DNA from: Callorhinchus milii
Taxonomy: Eukaryota
DNA: 64,000 bases
Reading direction: 5' to 3'
Assembly: GCF_018977255.1 (NCBI RefSeq)
Contig: NW_024704743.1
Span: 84,074,001-84,138,000, forward strand
Shown here in pieces: positions 39,817 through 52,693 of this stretch. Within the stretch, counting starts at the first letter, position 1; the number at the start of each line of letters is the position of its first letter. Made by a program: the position numbers and the translations under genes. The notes under the pieces are model-generated. The model did not search any database and was not told the DNA's origin. It saw only the letters and a program-made list of their open reading frames with translations.

Positions 39817-41070
39817 AATAATAATAAATAATAATAATCCTTGCATTTGATATAGTGCTTTTCACGTCTTATCAATGTCTAAAAGCGCTTCACAGAATAG
39901 ACTGTAAAGTGAATTGACCATATATTTGTGGGCGAATCGCAGCAGCCAATTGTGCACAGCAGTATCCCACAAACAGTCGTGGATTGAAAATGACCAATTT
40001 ATTATTGTTTTGTTTTGTCAACGCACCTCAGGCGTTGACACCATTAGCATCCAAGGCTGCACTCTCCACCTCTCAAAGCCAGTCAGGAACCTCGGCGTTT
40101 TGTTCGACCCTGAGCTGTCCTTTCTCCCTCACATCCGCACTACAACTGGCACCGCCTTCCATCACCTTCGGAACATCGCCAGACTACGGCACTACCTCAC
40201 CCCTCACGCTGCTGAAACCCTGGTCCACGCCTTTGTCACCTCAAGGCTGGACTATGGGAACTCTCTCCTCGCCGGCCTTCCCGCCACCTCCCTCCACAAG
40301 CTGCAGGTCATTCAGAACTCTGCAGCTCGTGTACTGTCCCGCACCAGGCTTCGTGACCACATCACTCCCACCCTCGCTCGCCTCCACTGGCTCCCCATCC
40401 CCAGAGGATCGAATTCAAGATCCTCATCCTCACCTACAAGGCCATTCACGGCCTCGCTCCCTCCTACCTCTCCAACCTACTATCCCCCTACCTACCTGCC
40501 CGTACCCTCCGTTCCTCTGGCTCTGGTCTGCTCCACGTCCCCCGCCCCAACCGCCCTACCATCGGTGGCCGGGCCTTCAGCCTCTCAGCCCCCAGGCTCT
40601 GGAACTCCATCCCCCAGTGCCTTCGCCTTGCTTCCTCCCTTTCCTCCTTCAAGGCCGGTCTCAAAACCTTTCTCTTTGACCGTGCCTTCAGCTCCCCTCT
40701 CGACTCTCTTCCCCCTCATCGCTCCCTCCCTTCCCTCCCCTCACCCTGACCATTTCCCCCTCCTTGCTCCCTCCCTTCCCTCACCCTGACCATTTCCCCC
40801 CTCCTCGCTCCCTCCCTTCCCTCCCCTCACCCTGACCATTTCCCCCCTGCTCGGGTCATGACCCAACTGTGCAGCGCCTTGGGACGTCCTCCTGACGTGA
40901 AAGGCGCTTTATAAATGGAATCTTGTTGTTGTTGTTGTTGTTTGTTTTGGAGGGATTATTATTAGGCGTGTGGAGTAAGGAAACCTGCCCAAGGTTTCGC
41001 CCTGCCTGGAATTGAACTCAGGTGTCTCGCTTGTAAGGCGAGTGCTCTAACCACTGAGCTGCAGGACTCC
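39817..41070 (-). mobile_element. SINE family A split by an L2 (40018-40940)
   Basis: The 3' half (39817-40017) and 5' half (40941-41070) rejoin into a normal copy. Confidence 0.93.
40018..40940 (+). mobile_element. Young L2 LINE 3' fragment with a 1-bp frameshift near 40400
   Basis: Same family as 9508-10800. TTTGTTTTG is duplicated at 40009-40017 and 40941-40949. Nested in a SINE. Confidence 0.95.
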
Positions 41071-41229
41071 ACAATAATTCCCCAGATAAAATTGATCATT
41101 CATAGCTGTTTGTGTCATTCTGTCTATGAATAATTCTCATCTTTGGTCCCATTTGAATCTTTTGAATTTCGGAAATCAAGCTTTGTTCTCACACTCTTAA
41201 GTGAAATATGTTACTCATATTTATGGAAC

Positions 41230-42200
41230 CTCTACCTCACATCATTTAAAATCATTAGATCAAGTCCCATTCAGCTTTGAATTTTCAATAAAAACATGTT
41301 CAACTCCTTGAGCCTCTCCCCACAATTTTCACCCTAAATCCCAGAAACACATTTGCCATTTTCAATTATCCTGTTCAATTATATAATGTCCTTTGGAAGA
41401 TGTCCTAGGCAGATCTGAATACAGTGGGACTTACTTTTCAATTGTTGGTAAATTCATGGATATTTGTGGCCTAAGAATATCGTATTTTCCATTGGTTTGT
41501 AAAGTTACAGACCCTAATGGTCTGTTTTTATAATGAGGAAAAATTGCAGACCAATGGGAATTCAATGTTCTCATCTGACAATGTCTGTAAATTTACTGCC
41601 AAACAGATTCCCCTGTATTCAAAATGGGGCCTCTCTGGTGATTTGTGCAAGTTAGAATAACTTCTTCTGACATATAGTCAAAGGCCCTTGAGAAGCATTC
41701 TTTTATCTGATTAGCATTGTTAATAGCAGTTTCAGATTGACTGGAAACCTTCAGCAAATGATCGATTGATAAATCAATAATAACACCCAAATCCTTTTCC
41801 TTTCCCACCTCTGCTGATGGACATCCATGTGTTGCGTGTACACGCAAACTGCTCCTTGTTTCAACTTGCATTACCTTACATTGATCTACATTAAACTGCG
41901 TCTGCCATCCCCTGACCCAGTAACGTAAATGGTTCAGATCTATTTGATTGCCATTTATCCTCCTTAGATTATTCACAATTTCAAATAGATTGATATCAAT
42001 AGTAATTTCTATAATTTTACAAGAAGTACTCTTCCCCTGAGTGATTTATAAACTCTTTCAGGATTCTAAATATAATCTCATAGAACTCCAATAGCCTTTG
42101 TGTGAAAAACTTCCTGGTGTCTGTACATAACTGGCCCTTCTCTACCATAAAGCTGAGCCCTTTTAACATGCCTAAGTATATATTTGTTTCTAATGTTATT
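41230..42200 (-). mobile_element. Degenerate, rearranged CR1 fragments
   Basis: WQTQFNVDQCKVM..EKDLGVII and TRKFFTQR motifs. Confidence 0.78.
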
Positions 42201-42502
42201 TCTTCTGTTCTGTTACAGATTGGCTCACAAATAACTCCAATGTCCCTTCTGAGATGCCTCTTTTGATGCCTGAAGAACAGTTGCTTGTCAGTGCAATACT
42301 CTCCCACAAAACACTCACATCACTTTAAAGTAAATTCTGTGTAGTTCTTTAAGAATCTCGATGGTGTGATGAGGCACTATGTCAAATGCAAGGATTAATA
42401 TTTGATTATTACTCATAGCTCGTGTCTCTATCACTGGGGAGCAGCATCATTGTTCTCATCTGCATTGCCTGAAGGACTGATGAATCCCTATGTTGTGGCA
42501 AC

Positions 42503-42790
42503 CACACTCGCCTTGCAAGTGAGATACCTGGGTTCAATTCCAGGCAGGGCAAAAGCTTGGGTAAATTTCCTTACTCCATATGCCTAATAATAATCCCTCC
42601 AAAACAAAACGATAATAAATTGGTCATTTTCAATCCACGACTGTTTGTGGGACATTACTGTGTGCAATTGGCTGCCGCGTTTCACCCACGAATATACGGT
42701 CAATTCACTTTACAGTCTATTCTGTGAAGCGCTTTGAGATGTTGAGAAGAGGTGAAAAGCACTATATCAAATGCAAGGATTATTATTATT
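42503..42790 (+). mobile_element. SINE family A lacking the A box
   Basis: Starts at CACTCGCCTTGCAAG. The remainder matches the family. Confidence 0.92.
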
Positions 42791-43340
42791 CCAGATTTAA
42801 CATGACCAGAGTGCTGCATAACTTGATCATGATTTTTAGGGATCTGAATTCAACAGATTCAGGAATATAGCCCAGCATCCTGTTTTTCTTGTTTAATGCT
42901 GCTTGGACACGAGTGACATTCTACTTCAAGATCTATCTCATCTTTGTAATAAATAAAGCCACTTGTATTTACTTCCAATATGTAGTACTTTGTTAGTTTT
43001 ACCCTTTGTAGCCCATGGATATTAAAACTAAGAGCAGTTACACAAGCACAGATCAGGGATTGAATCTACAACAGCAACTTGCATTTATAGAGCACCCTTC
43101 ACATCGGATGGCATCTCAGAGCACTAAATCTAATTTAAATGGTTCAGGTCTGCACTAGGCCCTGCAACTACTGACTGAGCTGTTAGGAAAGCTAACTACT
43201 GCTGTGCTGTTATTTGTATCATTTTTTATTATGACCAAAATGAGTGTCACTTGACTAGAATGACCGGAATGAGTGCCATAAGCACTGTGAATTTGAGAGC
43301 TTGATTCATTGCAGACTTACTGCTTAGATGGCTTTGACTA

Positions 43341-43405
43341 GGTCAGGCAGCATCTATGCAGAGAGGAAAGTGAGTTAACGTTTCAGGTCGATGATCTTTC
43401 GTCAG
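43341..43405 (-). mobile_element. Hammerhead-bearing repeat (copy 3, partial)
   Basis: Minus strand reads CTGACGA-AAGATCATCGACCT-GAAACGTT-AACTCA...AGATGCTGCCTGACC. Confidence 0.72.
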
Positions 43406-43407
43406 TT

Positions 43408-43580
43408 CTCCTCAAGGCACATCTCAAGACCTTTGGTCACCCTCCTACCTATCTACCCTCCATGCTCTCCACCCCTCCTGATCCCAACCCCCTTCTCGGG
43501 TCCAAATCCCTGGCTGTTCAGCGCCTTGGGACATCCTCCTGATGTGCAAAGCGCTATACAAATGTAATTTACTGTTGTTG
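43408..43580 (+). mobile_element. L2 3' fragment
   Basis: CAGCGCCTTGGGACATCCTCCTGATGTGCAAAGCGCTATAC tail motif. Confidence 0.82.
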
Positions 43581-43708
43581 CACACAACCCCTAGCTCTCT
43601 AGAGATAGAGCTAGTATCTCTATGTCTGCTAGTCTCATGGGCCAAAGTTAGATTACAACAGAGCAGGAAGTGTTTGCGCTGTTGGATCAGAGTGCCAATT
43701 GCACCCAC

Positions 43709-44076
43709 GGAGTCCAGTAGCACAGTGGTTATTGCTTTCGCCTTGCAAGCGAGAGGACCTGAGTTTGATTCCCGGCAGGGCAAAATCTTAAGCAAGTTTC
43801 CTTACTCCACATGCCTCTGTTTAACCCGTAAGTAGGAACCCGGTTTTTAATCAATTGGCAGAACGCTTTCCGAGGTAATATTCCCTCAAAAAAATAAAAC
43901 AAACTTAGTCATTCAATCCACAACTGTTGGTCGGACACAGCTTTGTGCAATTGGCCGTTGCCGTTGCCCACAAAAAACACAGTCAATCTACTTTACAATA
44001 TATTCTGTGAAACACTTTGAGACGTCTCAATGATGTGATAAGGTGCTGTATCAAATGCCAGAATTATTATTATTAT
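43709..44076 (+). mobile_element. SINE family A, long form
   Basis: Contains the GCCTCTGTTTAACC..GTAAGTAGGAACCCGG segment. Confidence 0.9.
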
Positions 44077-45621
44077 TCTCACTAACGTGTCCCATTTTAT
44101 GGCTCCACAACACACATCAATCAAATCAATTGCATTGAAAATGCAGAGGCTTTGACTGCTGCTAATATCACTCAATCTCTGTTGTATGGACTGCAGAAAT
44201 TTTAGCCTTGTGCAACTATTTTTATAGAAAAAATTCCAAAAGCATTTTAAAAAATACTCTGCTTCTGATTAAATGAAGTACAATAGAATTACCAGCAAAC
44301 TTAAGTATGTCTTTCCAGAAGCTGAGATTCTCATTTGCCTGCAAGGACAGGTCTATTGCCAGCACTGTATCAGTGAAAGCATCAGACACAGGCATTTGTC
44401 TGTTTATAGCCTTTCACAAGTTCTGGTTCGTGTGCAAAAATGAGAGCCCCGAACCTTAGCGAGAGATTTATAATAAAAGAAAACTGACTTTTGTCGTGTT
44501 TCATTGCAGAGGCATTTGTTTCCTTTTGTGGCCCCAGTTTAATCAGCGGCCTTTGTCCCAGTATGAACGATGAGTAAAGTCTTTGGGATTTAATTGTGAG
44601 CATGTGGACACTCAGATCCTTCATAATATTAGTTAAAATCAATGTTCTGCTTTTTTAATTATTGCTCATGGTACAAAGCAAGGAAGGCTCATTTAAGAAT
44701 GGATCAATGTTGGAAAGGGATTGGTAGAAGACAGAGCAGTACATCAGGCTGCTTGATGTAAAAATCATTGTGCCTGTGCTGAGGCGGTTTGGGGTTATCA
44801 GCCTGGTTAGCCTCCAGCTGGCAGGAGGGCAGTGTAATAGGTGAACCTTACATGAACCAGTGTTCCTTCACTGTGATGCACCAAAAAAAATTGTTACCGA
44901 GTGCACCACATCATACACAATTCCTTAAAAGGAACTGTTAAAAAAGCTTTTTCATTGATTACCTGCAACCGATCTTTCTTGTTTTGCCTTTAACTATTTC
45001 CCAGTCTTCATAACTTGTTATGTTTGGCCCTGTCTGCCTGCATGCGGAAGAAACATTGCCCATCATCCGACTGATATAGAGGTCATAAAAAGAGATTGCA
45101 TGGCTGCAATAAAGTTAAGAGCTGCTGGAAAGTCCTCATTGTGCTGAAGCCCGAGAAGTTCCCACCTTCATAAATTAAGTTTGTTTCCTAGGTCTGTTTT
45201 AGCTAACTTTACACAGGTTTACTTAAGGAAGTGCTCAAAGCAGCTGTGGTTGCATCAACCCTGCCCTTGCCACTGAATCACATTTTAATAAACTAACAGC
45301 TTAAAGTAGCACATGCTAGATGTGCATCACTGATATATATGTATCAGATGGACTGTTTCCTATCAATGAGTAGATCATTGCTTTATGATAACCTTGTGCT
45401 GTTGATATTTTATTAGTTAATCCTCTTGTGGGATTCGCAGCCGGCGTGCGTCAGTGCCAAGTATCCTACTGAAAACTGGCGTCTGGACTGACGGTGAATG
45501 CCAAGAGAAACTCAATGAAGCCCTGCACTGAATGAATACACTTTGCGTTGTTATCATTTCGCAAAGGCATACATATCCCATGCAATGCAATAGTCTGACG
45601 TGTGATCTAGTATTAGGTTAT

Positions 45622-45987
45622 GGAGTCCTGTAACGTAGTGGTTAGAGCACTTGCCTCGCAAGCGGGAGGACCCGGTTTGTTTCCTGGGTGAAACCTTAGG
45701 CAAGTTTCCTTTCTCCACATGCCTCTGTTTACCTAGCAGTAAGTAGGAACCCGGTTGTTAATCGATTGGCTGTCGCTTTTCTGAGGGTAATAATCCCTGC
45801 AACCAAAATAATAATAATTGGGTCACTTAATCCACGACTGTTTGTGGGACACTACTGTGCACAATTGGCTGCTGCATTTTGCCCAAAAATATACAGTAAA
45901 TTCACTTTACAGTATATTTTTGAAGCACTTTTTGAAGATGTTTCGAAGACGTAATAAGCTATATTAAATACAAGGATTATTATTATT
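45622..45987 (+). mobile_element. SINE family A, long form
   Basis: Contains the GCCTCTGTTTACCTAGCAGTAAGTAGGAACCCGG segment. Confidence 0.9.
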
Positions 45988-46044
45988 GTAAGGTATATGC
46001 AAAATTAGGTTGCAATAAATGTAGTAGATATGGTTTGAATTTTC

Positions 46045-46360
46045 CTTCAGATCAGACATTAAAACTGAGGCCCCATCTAACTGTTCAGATGAACATTAAA
46101 GAGCCCATTAAACTATTTGAAAAGAAAAGAGTTTCTCCTAGTGCCTGGCCAACAATCCCCCAGATAAAATTGATCATTCACTCCATGACTGTTGTGGGAC
46201 ATTGTTATGCACAAATTGGCTGCTGCATTCGCCCACAACAACAGCAACAACGCAGGGTAGCATCTTGCAGCACTTATAAAACAGTTACTCCACTTTACAA
46301 TATATCCTGTCAAACATTTTAGGATACTCCCAATGTGAAGGATTATAATTATTATTATTT
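46045..46360 (+). mobile_element. SINE family B, 3' part
   Basis: CCTGGCCAACAATCCCCCAGATAAAATTGATCATTCACTCC. Confidence 0.8.
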
Positions 46361-48917
46361 CCAGGTCCCCACTCCATCTCTATGGGGAGATAGCATGTAT
46401 CTTTGAAGTGCTTTGAGACATATCAATGACGTGACAAGGTGCTATATAAAATGCAAGGATTATTATTATCCTAATTTTTATGCTTGGGTCTGTATCTTGC
46501 AATTCGGTAAAATAAAGCAGAACCTTGTTTAACTGATCACCTTACGTTTACTCCTGACTAAGTGCTATTTTACATTCAACGTACTATATAATTAAAACGT
46601 ATACATCAATATACACATGCATGCTTTTGCTATTATTCATTGGAATCCCTGCAGTTACACGAACATAAGACTATACAAAACAGAAAAAGACAACTGAGGT
46701 CCATCTGGCAGGTCCCCTCCCCCATCCCCCAAAAATCATACACTATATCTCTTGGGCCTTTGAATCGATTTAGCAATTAACATTTAATAAATAGAAATTG
46801 CATTACTTGGGAGTATTCCTTTAATTCTTTAACTGTCGACAGAATCAATATGCCATGATTGTATTATATTACAAGGATCAAAGTGCTCCCATTGGTGCAA
46901 TAGCATAAATGCTGTGCGCACCAATGCAGACTGCATATACTGCAACAAAGAAAGACCCTGCACCAATGGAATTTTCTACCACAGAATCGTGGTTATTCGA
47001 TGCAGGTATTTCAATTTTGATAAAGGCAGTCTGACCACCAATGAACCTGATATCCAGCTTTACATTCCTGCCTGTGCTCTCTATCCTTCCTTTGTTGGTC
47101 AACTGTTCATTCCTTCCTCCCTAAGTCTGACCATTTCAGCCACTATTTCTGGCTCTGTTTTCTGGATCTCTATCAAAATTATGTTGCCTCACAGCCAGAT
47201 TCTCTCCTTGCCTTCAATATACCACTAAAAACCTATGTCTTTGACTACGTCTCTGACCAATACCGGCAAACTTCCCCTTTCCTTCCAACTCAGCAACCCC
47301 CAATGTATTTGTGATATATCTTGCAATGTTCATCCTAGTAAAAAGCACTTTGTAAATGATTGGTATTGATGTTGTTATTGCTGTTGCTATCTCCTAGGCA
47401 AAATATGATCAGAGTAAGTGATGGATCTCAGTTGATGCTGTGTTGATTAATTCCTTCAAAAGAAAAGCTGAATATATATGTATTTGGGAGTGATTTCAAA
47501 AATCATAGACATAGGCTGAGACAATGAAATACTTTCTTCTGAAACATGATATTATTGATGTATAAGGTACAAGCAATGTTAAAATGGATAAAATAATAAG
47601 TAAATAGTAGTAGTGTTTATTTTAACACAACAACCTGCTTCTATGCATCCATATATTTGCCCGTGGCCCATCCTTTCATTTCCTCACTTAAGATGATGTA
47701 AAATCTCTGTCATTAAAGAGCAAGGGTTCTGTTTTGCTTCTGATACTACTATCATTTGTGTTCTCTAGTGCTCTAAATTGGTGCTGGACATAGCATTGGG
47801 AGCAAAGGCAGAAGATGCCAAGAAAAAAATGATGCCATTGATTTCAACTCAGCCCACCACCCTCCCACCCCTGAAAATAAGAAGAATGTATTTGTATTCA
47901 CTTTTTGATTCCAATTTTCCAATTGTAGTTTTTCTCCGCCTCTTTATTAATCCTTCCACCCCTCGTTCTTAACATACAGCATATACCACTGCCAGATTGG
48001 CAGTCGAGTAACTAGATTCAAATCATTATCAGTGCCACTTTGTGACTGGCAGCAGTATGTAATGTACAACTGATCAAATGACTGATCAATTTGAAGCATC
48101 CTCTGACCTTTCCTCGCTCACTCGAGGAACGCATCTCACTCTCACACTGCATTGTGCCCAACCAAGTCTAACCAGCCCCCCACTAGTGCCACAGATAGGA
48201 ATGGGGACTCCCTATATCTCTATATGGTGGACTCAACCATAAACTCCAATTACTTTCCTCCTGGGCATAGAAAGCATTTACATCCCAAAAGTTTTTTATA
48301 AACCAGGCTTTTGTGCCAGTATATCTGACTTGAGTTTCTGAATGCATTACAAACCCTGACCACCAAACCAGGATTTGAAAACCCAAGAGCGTTATATATT
48401 AGATACGAAAAAACGCACTTGAATAGAGGACATGATTTTGTGTGGGCTTATACTTGTAACAAGAAGAATACACTATAGAACAGGAGAATGAATGGCAACT
48501 AATACAAGGCAATCTGTAGATGAGGTGGCTGGTAATAGAAACAGTTAACTCTGTGAGGTTATTTCAATGCCAGTTTGAAACACAAGATTTAAATAATTAC
48601 ACATTTGGTGCTGCTTTGTATTACATATACATTTGGAAACCTCCAAATACATTAATAGAGGCTCCAACGAGTTTGTACTCTTTCACAAGAGTTTTTTTTT
48701 ACAGTTAGCAGAGACAGCATTGTGAATAGTGGTGGATTCAATTAGTTTATATATGTGTTCCCGGGTTTGGGACATCCTCCCAGCGTGAGAGGCGCTATAT
48801 AAATGTTATTTTGTTGTTTTTGGTTTATAGCCACTCCAGTAAGACCATTTTTTTTAACATCTGTGATTGTGCAGAATTATGGAAAACTCTTCAGTTGTTA
48901 ATTCGGAAGTCGTGTTT

Positions 48918-49852
48918 CTATATATGCTCCCTCTTAATGACATCATCCGCAGACATGGGGTCAACTTACACATGTATGGGGATGACACCCAACTGTACCT
49001 CTCTACCTTCACCCTTGACTCCATGACCATTGCTGTCCTGACAGAATGTCTGTCAGACATCAAGTCCTGGATGAGAGCTAACTTTCTTCAGTTGAACGTC
49101 AACAAGACGGAGGCCCGTCTTGTTTGACCCTCAACTATCCTTCCTACCCCACATTCAGACCATGACATATTCTGCCTTCTCCCACCTCTGCAACAATGCC
49201 CGGCTCTGTCACTGTCTCACACCGCAGGCCGCCGAAACCCTCATACGTGTTTTCATTACATCGAGGCTTGACTGTGCAAAATCCTTGTTTGTCGATCACC
49301 TCAACTCGTCCCTCCATAGGCTGCAGATCATCCAGAACTCTGCAGCCCGTGTCCTCTCTCTTACCAGGCTCCGTGACCCAATCACCCCCATCCTCGCCTG
49401 ACTCCACTGGCTTCCAATCACACAGAGTATACAGTTCAAGATCCTGGTCCTCACCTTCAAAACTCTCCATGGCCTTGCTTCCCCCTACCTCTGCGACCTC
49501 CTAACCTCCAACCATCCGGCCTGATCCCTCCACTCGGCGGACTCCAGTCTGCTTCATGTCCCCCGCCTCGCCCGGCCCACCATTGGCAGGCGGGCCTTCT
49601 GCCACTCTGCCCCCACTCTATGGAATTCCATCCCGCAGTCCCTCCACCTCGCCCCTTCCCTTGCCTCCTTCAAGACCCATCTCAAGACCCTCCTCTTCGA
49701 TCGTGCCTTCGATCACCTTGGTTTCCCTCCCCTGCCCTCCACCTTTACCAATACCAACCCCCAGCTTGGGTCCGAAACATTGGTTGTCCAATGCCTTGGG
49801 ACATCCTCCCAACGTGAAAGGCGCTATACACATGTAATCTTGTTTTTGTTGT
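48918..49852 (+). mobile_element. Older L2 subfamily fragment with an internal deletion
   Basis: YMLPLNDIIRRHGVNLHMYGDDTQL (YADD mutated to YGDD). Sequence jumps from TEA to VLFDP near 49117. L2 tail present. Confidence 0.92.
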
Positions 49853-50149
49853 TTCTAAGAACTGCAGGAAAACGGCTTTCAAATTAAGACTGGATTCAAG
49901 GATTTTCCACAATTCTGGACAACAGTAAGCTGTCAGACAAATGATGGTCATTGAATTGAAACAGAAACTCAACGCTGCTCGAGGGCAGGGAAGATATCGG
50001 AGACATTATATTTGAAAGCAAAACCACATAGTCCGAAACCATTGTGCTGAGAGGTGGTGGGGTCACTACCAGAAACAGACTTCAGAATGGATGGAAAAAT
50101 GTTTTATAATTGACTATTCACTAAAACATTTGATAATTATCTAATCTCT

Positions 50150-50550
50150 TGTCAAATTGCTCAGTCTTTACCCAAATGGGAGCTGATTCTGGCGCTCTGC
50201 TTTCAAAATGACACTGACATATTGGAAATAGTTCAGAGAAGAGCAACAAGACATTGAGATCCTAGAGACTCGCAGAACTGAACTTGTCTCCACTGGTGAA
50301 AAGACGTTATTCAAGTCTTCAAATTGTAAGGTGTAGATGATGTAGATGTAAGTAATCTATTTGACATCAGAGCAGAATTACATGGAATAGGTTTGAAATT
50401 AAAGGCCCCAAGCAGGGCTAGAGAACAGATTTGTTTTCTAACAGAGTAGTCTATACGGGAAACTGATTCTCAACAAAAGAAGCTGGTACTGATTCAATTA
50501 ACCTTTAGAATAGGACTGGATATCTATTTGCTTGAGTCCATTTGGGAGGA
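50150..50550 (+). mobile_element. Degenerate CR1 3' fragment
   Basis: LEIVQRRATR-like remnant (TTGGAAATAGTTCAGAGAAGAGCAACAAGA). Confidence 0.7.
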
Positions 50551-52182
50551 TATAATAATCCATGCATTTGATGGAGCGTCTACATTATGTAACATAGTAA
50601 CACCTTAAAAGTGCTTCACAGGGAATTGGTGTCAAGTGCAGTGACTGTATTTGCAGACAATCTTATAGGGATAAGTTCAGACAAAAAAGTATCAAAAGCA
50701 TTTTCCAAGAAGAGATCAGGAACTTCTCTCCTGCAAGGTGAAGGGTATATTACAGGACTATTAGTTCTATTCAAGGTGTAGATCCTGTAAATGCAATACA
50801 GAACCTTCAGTTACCCGACAGATATTGGTAGTAAACCTGTCTCTTAATATAACTACCTTGCTCTCTCTTACTGGATAGCACAGAAGGAGGGATAGATGTG
50901 TTGTATTCCAGTTATGGTGACATCTCATGACCACTGAGTCAATGGAAAGGCTCAGAGATACTTAGAGTGTCCCTTCCCACCCCACCCCTCCACCCTCCCA
51001 TCATATTATGAGTACTTTAGGGACATGAGCTCTTTCCATCTGTTATGAAATGTTGAATAATTGCACCCTGTATAAATCAGGTGACAAACGCATTCTGTAA
51101 GCACGGTGTGGTACTAATGTCATTCCTCCATTTGTTTCAACTTTTTCTTGGTAGATTTTGTTTTGGATTCGTTGAGATCGTGGCACGAATTTCTGTCAGC
51201 TCTGTTGAATTCGAATTTTATTTGATAGATCAACAGGTTAAAATCGATCTTTATTTTATAGTTTAAATTTAAGTTTGAATTTGAATTTTTTTTCACATAG
51301 GGCAATACCTCCTTGCCGTGATTCTGGTATTGCTCATGTTATAATACATAAGCTATAATTACCTCTTGTGGTTCAGTACACATTGGCAGCACGACAGGCA
51401 AATCTTCGCTCACACCACTTTTGCTTTGTTTAGAGCATCTTAATTCAAGGTCAGGATCTTCAAAAACTGTACCCTGAGGGGTGAGCATTTTTCTTTGACC
51501 AATTTTATTCATTCAAATGCACCTGAGGTTTGCTCTTTCCTTAAAAGATGGGAAGCAACTGAGCTGCATCGGAAGCCAAAGGAACTTGGAACGTGGAGAC
51601 GTGCCATCGTTGGCACAAATGAAAGACTGACATCTGGCAATTGAAAACCGTTTGTGTCCGATCTGCTGATTTTAAACAATTGGATTTTGCTGCTGAATGC
51701 TGACAAAAAGCAGCAGCAACTCTATATAAATGCAAACAAAATTGTGGATGGTAAAGAATAAGTAATAGGCTTGTCCAATCTCAGCGTGCAGGTAATATCC
51801 CCAAACCACTTGAGCTTCTCTGTTGTGCATTGTGATATTGTCTGAATTCCTTGAGTAATTACAGCTTTATCACACACTTCCAATCCACACTTCACACACT
51901 GAATTTGCTCACAAAATAGTTACTCCACTTTACAATATATTCTGTGAAGCGCTTCGAGACATCTCAACAATGTGATAAGGTGCTATATCAAATGCAAGGA
52001 TTATTATTATTATACTTCTCTATCCATAATATACATCTGAGTTATTGGAGATGATGAGGCAGTGATATGTGATGCACCATTGCAAAATGTGATAAAAGTT
52101 TCATTGGATGGTATGTTTTACCCAGTAAACTCTGAATTGTTTAACTGCTGCTAACTAGACAATAAACAATGCAATTGTTTAT

Positions 52183-52693
52183 AAGAACTCTGCTGCCCGC
52201 ATTCTGAACTGGACCAAACTCCATACCCATTTCTCACCAGTTCTGGCCAAGCTCCACTGGCTCCCCATCACCGAACGGATCGACTTCAAGATCCTCACAA
52301 TCATGTTCAAATCCCTTCACTCCCTGGTACCTCCCTATCTCTCCAACCTCCTCACTCCCCAATCCACCACCCAGCGCCTCCGCTCGGCTGGCATCGGCCT
52401 CTTGCTCATCCCTTGCACCCTTCGCTCCATCATTGGAGCTTGCTCTTTAAGCCACTACGCCCCAAAACTCTGGAACACTCTCCCTCAATTCTTCTGCCTT
52501 TCCCCCTCTCTCCCCTTTTTCAAGCACTGTCTGAAAACTTTCCTTTTCGACCGTGCTTACGGCCACCTCCCCCTCTCCCCCAACGCCACACCCGGCTCGG
52601 AGTCATGCTCTGCCACTGTTAAGCGGTCTGAGATGCTAACCTGCATGGAGGGTGCTATATAAGTGCAAATTGTTGTTGTTGTTGCTGTTGTTG
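52183..52693 (+). mobile_element. Diverged L2 3' fragment
   Basis: [36 protein letters not shown] with a (TTG)n tail. Confidence 0.9.

Larger units (their letters stand above)
39586..41115 (+). mobile_element. SINE family B hosting a nested SINE A and L2
   Basis: Runs 39586-39816, then resumes at 41071 with ACAAT..CCCAGATAAAATTGATCATTCA. Confidence 0.8.

Noticed and set aside
47981..48060. Imperfect 15-bp inverted repeats (possible MITE)
   Set aside because: Short, mismatched, single copy in the window, and no clear TSD.
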